This document shows, piece after piece, positions 54,131 through 64,000 of a stretch of DNA of 64,000 nt. The notes beneath the pieces are model-generated. The model had not been told where the DNA came from. It made no database searches and worked only from the letters and a program-made list of their open reading frames with translations. The stretch is taken from assembly GCF_009914755.1 (NCBI RefSeq), contig NC_060935.1. The stretch is one strand, 5' to 3'. How positions within the stretch are numbered: position 1 is the stretch's first letter; every line of letters starts with the position of its first letter. This DNA comes from the human T2T-CHM13v2.0 reference genome, Homo sapiens. Position numbers and translations under genes: made by a program.

Positions 54131-54789
54131 CTGCAGGGCTTCCCCTCCCCACCTCCTGGGCCCTTGTTTCTCACACACAGCCACCTGCCATCCCCTGCAG
54201 CCTCCCTCCCCAGGCAGCACTGTGAGCTGCCAACATCTGTGTGCTGCCCGCTTTCATTCTAGCACAGTCAAAACTTACATGCTCTATGTCACATCCTGTC
54301 AGGATGCAACTCTACTTTCTAAGGGCCAACTCTGCTTTCTAAGGCCCAGATTAATCTGGGCCAGGCTATTAAGGAAAAAACAAACAGCAAACAACAATTA
54401 AAATTCACCTTAGGGTCACTTTCTTGGGAGAAGGATAAACAGTTTGATCAGTGGCCATCTATAATAATTGTCTTAACCACAAGTAGAGCTAATAAATGGA
54501 AATCTGCCTGATGTTACCTGTGCAGACTTAAACAGCACCATGGATGGGGAAAATAAGGATTAGAGAGCTACTTTTATAGATCACACAGCAAACTGGTATC
54601 AGGCCCCAAGCCAGAGCTTACACCTCCTAATTCCAGTCCACTTATCTTCCTGCTCTATGCACTGAGGAAAGGTTTGGTTTGTCAGAAGTCCAGTAGGGCT
54701 CACCAGTCACTGCATCTGATTTGTTTCCTCACTAAGATAAATTCTGATGCTAATACTGTCCATTAAAAATATATGGAATTAGTCAGTGT

Positions 54790-56400
54790 TGTGGGAGACA
54801 TATGTTAGAGGTGTCAGGAGCACAGGTTTCAGAGTCAGGCTGCTTGTGTTCATACCTTAGCTTTATGACTTACGTGCTTGGACAAGTTAGTTAATGTTTA
54901 TGTGCCTCAGTGTTCTCATCTGTAAAACGGGCCCACCTACAGGTCTTCTAAAGTAATAGCCTCCTTTAGCATTTATTGTTCTCTGTGGTTTAGGTACTCT
55001 GGGTGTCAGCAGGCCCACACCAAGTAGATGCTCAATAGTGGCACTACTCACACGTTGGATTTTAGAAGAATACATTAATTCATGAAAATCATCACTTAGA
55101 ACAGTGTCTGATGCATAGTAAACATTTAATGAATGTAAGCAATTATAATTAAAGGGGAAAAATGAAAGCATTTTAAGGGCAAAGGCAATAAAGTTTAATT
55201 TTCCAGAAGTTAAGTAATTCAAACCCTTAATTAGCTAGAATTTTCTTTCTGCTGTACCGTCTTACAAGAACAACACAAATACTGCTATCAGAAATATTGT
55301 TTAAAAGTAATAAAACATGAACTTAGACTGGAATAATCAGTTTAACAAAAGTTAACAAAAAATCCAATATAGGTACCTAAAATATTCCTAGATTCAGCCC
55401 AATGTACTAAACAGGCTATCTGCATCTGCTGTCCTTTGTAATCAAAACTGACATTCAGAATAATGATTTGTGTCTCCTGAAATCCCAGGTCCTCAAAGAC
55501 AAAATAATTATAATAATTGCTATCATTTGAGGACTGCTTGCCAAACAGGCATTGTGCTAAGTGCTTAACATACATTATGCACCATGTGCACATACACACG
55601 CACACACTCATTCATTTAAACATCTTAACAACTGCTGGGGGAGGGAGTATATTTTTATTCCTATTTTACAGTTAGAAGTACATTTTACAGATGAGGAAGT
55701 TGAAGTCTGGAGAAAAGACATAACTTTCCAAGCTTATACAATTGTTACATGTGGCTAGGACTTGAACACAGATCTTTCTGACCCCAAATCTAGCACTCTT
55801 AACTCTGTTTATATTCTTAATATTCGTTACCAAACAAGGAGAGTATAGTGATTCATTTTTTGTTTTTAACCACAGACAACGAAATTTCTCCTTGGCTCAT
55901 AACTAGAAAAAACCCTGGTTCCTCACTAGAAACTGCAGCAAATGAAAGAACTTCATCTTACGTCTGAGAATACACTTACAAATGGCTATCAGCAAGGACA
56001 GCCAAAAATTAACTGTGCACATTGGATTGTAACTCCGTAAGCAAGATGATTGTGTTTTATTCATTTCTGTCTCCTCAACAGAGCCAAAAACAATGACTTA
56101 TTCATGTTGATGGAATGTTTATTGAATTAAAAAGTGTGTAAATAAACGTGCATATCAGCCTCTCAATCATGAAGCTGTAATCGAAAGGGGAAAAACAGAA
56201 CTGGAAAGACAGATGAGATCATTTAAAAGAAACACTGGCTCTAGTGCTTCCTAGCTGTGTGACCTAAGTAAGTTACTTAAACTCCCTGACTTTTGGATTT
56301 CTCATTTGGAAATTGAGAGATTGTATATCACTATTCATATTGTCAGGAGAATTAAATGTACCAAAAAATTCTTAAACAGCTGTTACATAGTGGTCACTTG
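54790..56400. mobile_element. MIR copies (54790-55150 +, 55505-55805 -, 56230-56400 +) and an L2 tail (56030-56130)
   Basis: gtgcctcagtgttctcatctgtaaaacggg; cattttacagatgaggaa; cttcctagctgtgtgacctaagtaagttacttaa. Confidence 0.75.
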
Positions 56401-59400
56401 AAACTCCATTTCATTGTTCCTACTTTCTTATTTTTCCCATTTTCACCAAAAACCTATTTCCTTATGCTTGTACCATTGGCGTATAGAATCTATTATTCTC
56501 AAAGTCCTTTGCAATTTACAATGGATATCACGTTATCTTTTTTGAACATTATGATAACTCTGAAAGATAAGGAGAATAGAATAAGCTCAGGTTCTCCCAA
56601 AAGTTATAAATGACAAACCTATTCTGTTCTAGTTTGTGCAGTGAGTAAATCACAGTGCTACGATTTAAGACTAGATCCACTAGAATAAATTCTAAGCTTT
56701 TCTCATACTCCAAGTTGCTTTTGGAGAGGGTGAGAAAACCAAATCTTACAATCTTTCAGATTCATTGACATATATATTCTAAATACAGAATTATATAATA
56801 CTCATAAGGCTATACTGTATTCTTCAGGTTTAACTCATACTACTTCTCTTTGTAAAACACCTTCAATTGGTTCTTACCAGCAATTACAGCAATTTTTACC
56901 AGGTATCACTCTAATGTTAACACCTGATAATGGCAGAGCCACCAATTACAATAATAGCTGTGAATAAAATTTAGAGCTCATCAACTCTAGGCACAGCCAC
57001 CACCTTTCTTCTGTGGAGTACACTGGGGTCAGATATATGTAATTAATTAGGACTCTTCTTAATATAATTCTAGTTTTCACACATGTATCAAAAGATTTTC
57101 TCTTCTCTTTCTGACCTTTGAAAGTGTAAGAAAAAAATGGGAAAAAATTGACTATAAGGTTTATTCTAACCAAAAAGTTATTCCATTTTTATGTGCTATG
57201 TTGAAAAGCAAAATTCTTTTTGTACAATTATTAAATTATTCACCATTCAGCATCTTTCTAGGGTGCCATTATATAGCCGAGTAGATGTCTCTGTACAGAA
57301 AGAAAAACATATCAACTCTGAGTCACCTCAGAAAACTAACTTTTTAAATAACAGTACATTACAAATATTTGACATTTATTAAACATCAAAAGATATTTGA
57401 GAATGTCTGTTTTCAAAGAACACGGAGTTATGCCCATTCTATTTTAAAGACCACTCTGGATCTAAATTTGACTGAAAAGGACAGAAACTGGAAAATAATG
57501 AAGAGGACTTGTAGGCAAAGATAGCAAAGATGGCAGATGTCATCTTGAGTCTGCTGTCCCAGCATGCTGACCCTTCACACCCACACAGTGCATCTCTTTC
57601 AACTTTATTAATCTTAACAGAAAGTCCTCTTTTAAGATGAAATAACTAAGGCACAGAGTGACTAAGAATCTAGTTTTGCTTTACATGGCTGTCGGGGACC
57701 AGCTCAGAGGGAAAGCTTATTCCCCCAAGGCAATTTCAACTCTCCTACATCCATCTTGCCCACCCACCCCCAGGACTAATTCATCTGGAGAAATTCCTGT
57801 GACCTACCCATTCCAAATCTGATGTTCCTATCCTCCTGAGAAGTACAGGGTATCCTCATGTTCTTCTGCTGTCTTCAGCTCAAAACAATTGTTATGTGAT
57901 TCTGAATGTTCAGGCACATGCAAATAGAAATAAAAGCTGAAAGGTGACTTGTCATTAATTTTTGCCTCTGGTTCCTAGTGTGAGTAGAATTATAGCAATT
58001 TTGTGTATTAGAAAAGTTATTTTTCAGATAAATTGAGTCAGACTTCCCTCACTCTTCTCTCTGTGGGCCACAGAATCCTGTAGCTATTTTTGCGGAGGCT
58101 TTGATGGCAACGTGTTGCTCAGTGCTCACAGCTTACCTGAAGTGATTAAAACAGCCTGCAAAATCATCTGCAAAAGCTGATGGTCAGGAAAATGGAAGCC
58201 AATAAAGGAAGGTCATAAAGTCATATTTGCAGACAAATCATACCAGATCTCTTTCATTAGGGGATACATCTATAAGGTGCACTTCTTGGTCAGCCACCAG
58301 CTGAGATTTATGAAATCGGCCTAAGTTAGCCTCAAACCCATCTCATAAGAACAATAAAGTTAATGGAAAAAAAGATGTTATGTATATAGTCCAAGATGCC
58401 TGAATTGTAACAGAGTAAGTAATCACCCAAGCGATGTAACTAGAGACTTCTGCCTTTAAATATCTCTCTAGAAACGTGCCGTTATGCCTTAAATTTCATG
58501 ATTCAAGGCCCATTCCTATAGTCTAGGCATTGTTCCTACAAACAGCATTCTATTTTCAAATGCAAAAGCTCCTGGAGATGGGAAGCATGAAGTCAGTGAA
58601 ACAGTAGCGTGAATCAATATAGGACAACAAAGAACACTGTTTTCTTTGTTGATAGAGGAACTTCAACACCCCTATGGAGCACTGGGCACTATGGAAATGA
58701 GAGCACCTGACAAAAGTGAGGGAGAAGGAAAGAAAAGAACTGGAGTAATATTTCACATGTGCAGTGTAGACCTCATCAGAGAATACTACTTTCACTAACT
58801 CCTTGACAGAGTTCACAAGATGAGGTTAGCAATAAATAATGTTAATGCTCATATACAAATAACAAGATATTAACTGCCCAAAATGTCAAGAATTATGGTT
58901 GTGTTTACAATTTGTTACATGAGGTTTAAAAAATTTGTTTCCCATGGCATTTTGTGACAGAAGAAATATTAACTTTTTTTATATAGATGGAGGTGATTGT
59001 ATGACATTCCTTTTCTTTCTAAGCATATAGTGGAATGGCTGCAAAATTCTTATTTTTTGCCTTCTGTAAAACAGTTCCAATCTCACTTGCATAATTCCAC
59101 TTAAAATCATTGGAGAAAATACCTGACAGAGCCTCATTGTCCTCTCTGGAATCATCCATTTTCATTTTTCTTGTTCTCTGGGCTTTTGTTGTTAGTACCT
59201 CAAAGCCTGCAGTCTCGTAGCTAAGTAAAGCTCTTGTCGCTGCCATCCCCATCACTCAGACTTCCCTGCCTCAAATGCTGCTGCTGTTCATGCCAACTTC
59301 AGAGATGGCTCTGTGAATGGTTCCAAGGCAGCCTGTCTGAGGGGAGCCCAGGCTGTGCCATTGTCAAGGTATCTGTGTCAGCCTCTTAGTTATCAGACTT

Positions 59401-60494
59401 TATCAGATGGAAGAGATCAAATCGCTCATCTGCTTTTTTTAGTTTTGAATGCTGAGCATCTGGTGTTTGATTGTGTATTGCCATGTAAGAACACAATAAT
59501 CCTCAAACATTTTGATCACAAGTAGATCTGTCTGTGAGGAAAAACGACTTCCTGCTGGTAAACGTCTCCTTAGCTTTGATAAAAGGTGTGGAAGACATCA
59601 CACAGCACCTCAAATTGCCAAGGAAAACAGAGCCTCGTAGATCATTTGGAGTTTTGAAAATTCTGTCAGATAATCTAATTCAATTTTCGGTCTAATTTAC
59701 TTATTTCAAATTATAAGCGAAAAAAGCTGATAGGCAAAGGGGAAGTGAGTGTCCCTGGTCACCACCTTAGTTAGTGATGCACCCATTCTGTGCATGAGGC
59801 CCAGAATCAGAATTTTTACTCTAGTTAATGACTGGAAAACCAGAAAAGACTTGCCTCGGGCTGCTCAAGTGGACAAAAGAGCTTTGAATGCCCCCCACAT
59901 GCCAGTATGAAGGTGAGGGATAGGGAAGATGAAAGGGAGATGAGGATTGACTTTCTCTGAAGGCATTATCATTGGACCTGACACCAATATTCTGGTGGAC
60001 TAGTCAGTGGGCTTTTTAGATGGGTATCAAGTGTTACTCTTTATTTTTTTAATCTGCATAGCCAGTCTGAAATAAGAAGAAAAAAAAATGAGATATATAG
60101 CTGAAAACTATTCAACTAGGATAAGCAATACTAATTAAAACTTGAAAGTGAAAAAGCTTGTCAAGAATGATTTAGTCACCGAGTTGCTGAGTAGTTTTTC
60201 CCTAGAGACTCAGCACCTAATTAAGTAGAGAAGTTATCTCAAAGTACAACCTAAGGGGTTGAGTTGTAGGCTTTCCTGTTTAAGAATCTCTTCTTCACAT
60301 GCCAGCATGGAACTTCTCACCATCTTAGCATTCACATTCCTCCTTTTGAAAAAACTGTGTCCCAGATGGTATGCTTGGAATGAATAACCCATTAATTCTT
60401 ACAAACCTAACTTCTACCAACTAAATCTCTAAGGTCACTGAATACAGGAAAAGAAAGATATGATAATCTTGTATGTGAGGAGATGGGGGAAAAG

Positions 60495-61000
<506 letters not shown>

Positions 61001-61688
61001 TGTTGCAGAAATACTTATTAAAAATCATGCTCCTCCAATGTAAAAAATTATAGCCACCATGGAAAACAATATGGTGGTTCTTCAAAAAATAAAAATATAT
61101 TTACCATATAGCCTAGGAATTCCCACTCTTGGCACATACCCAAAAGAATTGGAAGCATGGACTCAAAAAGTTATTTGTACACCCACGTTTATAGTAGCAT
61201 TACTCACAATAGCCAAAAGGTGGAAGCAACCCAAATGTCCATCAACAGATGAATGGATAAACAAAACAAAATGATAAAAAAGTTGATTTCCCAGTTCTGA
61301 AAATCTGAAATCTGAAATGCTCCAAAATCCAAAAGATTTTGAGTGCCAACGTGATGCCACAAGGGGAAAATTCCACACCTGACTTCATGTAATGGGTTGT
61401 AATCAAAACATGGGCACACAACACAGTTTATTCAGCATCTGCAAGGGAAAAAGACCCACCCAGCCCCCTTTAGCTGTGAGATATCTTTTCCATACGTGCC
61501 CACATTCCCCCACACAAGCACTCCCACAAAGAGTAATAAAATGGCATGTATGCAGGCAGAACGCAACAATAGCAAGTTCCCCACAATGTCCCACATGGGG
61601 CCAAGACCTATATGCAAAATTCACTGTTTTTGTTTTGTTTTGATTGCTTACTTATTCTGTGCTCTGTGGCAAAAATATATTGTTGAGA

Positions 61689-62800
61689 ATGCCAAAAAGG
61701 CCTGCAGCTACCCCTATGGGCAAGAGTACTTTTTTAAAAAGAGGAAGCATTTATGTTTATCTACAGCACAGAAAGTTAAGCTGTTGGTAAAACTGGACAG
61801 TGACATAAGTGTTAAGTGTGAAACATCTTAAATAAGAGTATGGTACTAGAATGACCACCGTATATGACCTGAAGAAACAGAAGGATAAACTGTTGAAGTT
61901 CCATGCTGAAGGGATGAACAGAAGTTAATGAAAAGTGGAGAAACACTGCCTAAAGCTAAAAACGAAGATCTTGATTGTGTATTACAAGGGTAAATCCATC
62001 AGTGTTGCAGTAAACACATGCCACTTAAGGACATATTGATCATGAAGCAAGCAAAGATCTATCACAATGAACTGAAAAATGAAAGAACTATGAATATTCA
62101 ATAGGCTGCTTGAATTTAAGAAAAACACAGCATTCAGTATTTAAAGATTTGTGGTGATAAAGCATCTGCTGATCATGAAGCAGCAGATAAATTTATTGAT
62201 GAGTTTGCCAAGGTCATGCTGATGAAAATATGCCACCAGAACAAATCTATAATGCTGAGGAAACATCGCTATTTTGTCATAGAAGGAAGACTTGACGGCA
62301 GCTGAAGAACTCCTACTGAATTAAGGATGCCAAGGACAGAATAACTGTTCTGGGATGTGCTAATGCAGTAGGCATGCCTAAGTGTAAACTTGCTGATAGG
62401 TAAAAGCTTGTGTCCTTCCAATCTGGTAAGTGAATTTCTTACCAGTCCGTTATTACCCTAACAAAAAGGCACAAGCCACCCAGGGACATTTTTTCTAATT
62501 GGTTTCAAAAACATTTTGTACCAGTGCCTTGTGCTCACTGCAAGGAAGCTGGACTGGATGATGATTGCAAGATTTTGTTATTTCCTGCCAACTGTTCTGC
62601 TCATCCTCCAGCTGAAATTCTCATCAGAAGTAAAGTCTATGTCATGTACTTTCCCCCAAGTGTGACTTCATTAATTCAACTCTGTGACCAGGGTCCAGAT
62701 CAATAAGGAGTAAATACAAAACACTTTCTCAAGGAGCATACTAGTAGCAGTATGAGGAGGGGTGGGTGCAGATTGCAAAAAGGAGTTTAGCATCAAAGAT
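61689..62800 (+). pseudogene. Decayed Tigger4 pogo-family transposase (CENP-B/Jerky-like HTH + DDE_1)
   Basis: KKRKHLCLSTAQKVKLLVKLDS, YDLKKQKDKLLKF, EQIYNAEETSLF, ILLFPANCSAHPP...FPPSVTSLIQLCDQG; many frameshifts and stops. Confidence 0.85.
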
Positions 62801-63213
62801 GTAACTGCATCCCAGAAGAATGCCTCCTCATCCCCAGAAGACTTATTTCCTGGTCTCTCAATTGCTTCTAATGTTTCTTCTCACCTAATATAAAATAAAA
62901 TAAAATACAGCATATAGTATCATTTTAATCAAAACTCAGCATTGCAGGTGGAGACTGGAAGCCTGCTGCTGCTTATTGTTGCTGTTATTTAACAGCTGAT
63001 ACAGGTATTCTGGTGATGCTACTGTGCTGCTTCCTTACACTGAACTTTCACTATATTATGTCATATTTCTTACTGTTAAGTACTTATGTGTGAACACGTG
63101 TAAGAAAATGACTCCTTTTGATAGAATATAAATTCAGAGTTAGGAATGATGGTGATGCTAAGCAACCACAGATCATCCACATGGGTGGCTGAGATAGCAA
63201 CACCTTTGCTTTC

Positions 63214-63534
63214 ATTTTTTTTAATTTTTAAAATTTTTTATTTTTATAGATTTAGGGGTTACAAGTGCTGTTTTCTTACATGTATATTTTGAGTAGTGGT
63301 GGAGTCTGGGCTTTTAGTATGACGATCAGCCAAATAGTGTGCATTGTAACCATTAGGTAATTTCTTATCCCTCACCCCTTTCCCGTGTGAGTCTCCAATG
63401 TCTATTATTTCACTCTCTAAGAAATATTGTACTGTAAGGTTTTGTTTTCCATGAATTTGTGGTGGAAACCCCCATTTCTCACTTTTGTCTGTAGATCAAA
63501 GTAACTGAATAATGAGAACATATTTAGTAAACTG
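63214..63534 (-). mobile_element. L1PB4-like 3' end (63214-63419) plus ~115 bp non-L1 5' extension, inside Tigger4
   Basis: tagatttaggggttacaagtg...gtctgggcttttagt...gagtctccaatgtctattatt; TSD acacctttgctttc / acagctttgccttc. Confidence 0.85.
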
Positions 63535-64000
63535 ACAGCTTTGCCTTCTGATGGTTCAATATATACAAACTTTGTTTTGTGCACAAAATTACTTAGAATA
63601 TTTTATAAAATTACCTTTGGGCTATGGGCATAAGGTATATATGAAACATAAATTAATTCCATGGTTTGACTTGGGTCCAATCCCCAAGATATATCATTAT
63701 GTATATGAAATATTCCAAATAAAAAAAAATCCCTAATCTGAAACACTTTTGTCTCAAGTATTTCAGATAAGGGATACTCAGTCTGTATTTGTATGTGAGG
63801 AAATAATATTCCGCCTTGAAAAGGAAGGAAGTTCTGACATGAATGAACCTTGAAGACATTATGCTAAGTGAAATAAGCCAGTCACTAAAGGACAGATACT
63901 GTATGGTTTTACTTGTTTTTTTCTTTCTTTTTACAAAAAAAAATTTCTGTGCTTTAATGGAGGAAAATGTATTATTTTATTTATAGGTAGTACCTAGACT

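Larger units (their letters stand above)
61279..63785 (+). mobile_element. Tigger4 (Zombi) DNA transposon, near full length with internal deletions
   Basis: Left end gttga..tccc...tctgaaaatctgaaatctgaaatgctccaaaatcc; right end ...gataagggatactcagtctg + TA. Confidence 0.92.
61038..64000 (+). mobile_element. L1MB-like 3' region (61038-61276 and 63786-64000) interrupted by Tigger4
   Basis: KRWKQPKCPSTDEWINK in ORF 61059; resumes at aaggaaggaagttctgacat...aaccttgaagacattatgctaagtg. Confidence 0.88.

Noticed and set aside
54533-54550. REST-like CAGCACCATGGA, and CTCF-like cores near 130, 5590 and 43845
   Set aside because: Only partial matches missing key positions
59019-59255. Protein-looking 78-aa ORF
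   Set aside because: No recognisable homology or supporting exon structure; length expected by chance

Overview
Repeat-rich primate (very likely human/catarrhine: AluS and AluY, L1PA, THE1D, MSTA) non-coding DNA, intergenic or deep intronic. I find no credible protein-coding gene, RNA gene, CpG island or prokaryote-type system. The ORF track is explained by chance ORFs and repeat remnants, and the only recognisable protein traces are dead L1 ORF2 and Tigger/Charlie transposase fragments. Repeat subfamily names come from recalled consensus sequences and need RepeatMasker/Dfam confirmation. The most notable observation is three short local direct copies (53, 23-28 and 240 bp) whose partners lie 1.0-1.5 kb upstream, suggesting locally templated insertion. 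Also notable are two twin-primed inverted L1s, an internally deleted L1, an L1 chimera with ~115 bp of captured sequence, a near full-length Tigger4 fossil, an H-DNA/Z-DNA/G4 cluster and several motif-dense unique islands that may be enhancers.
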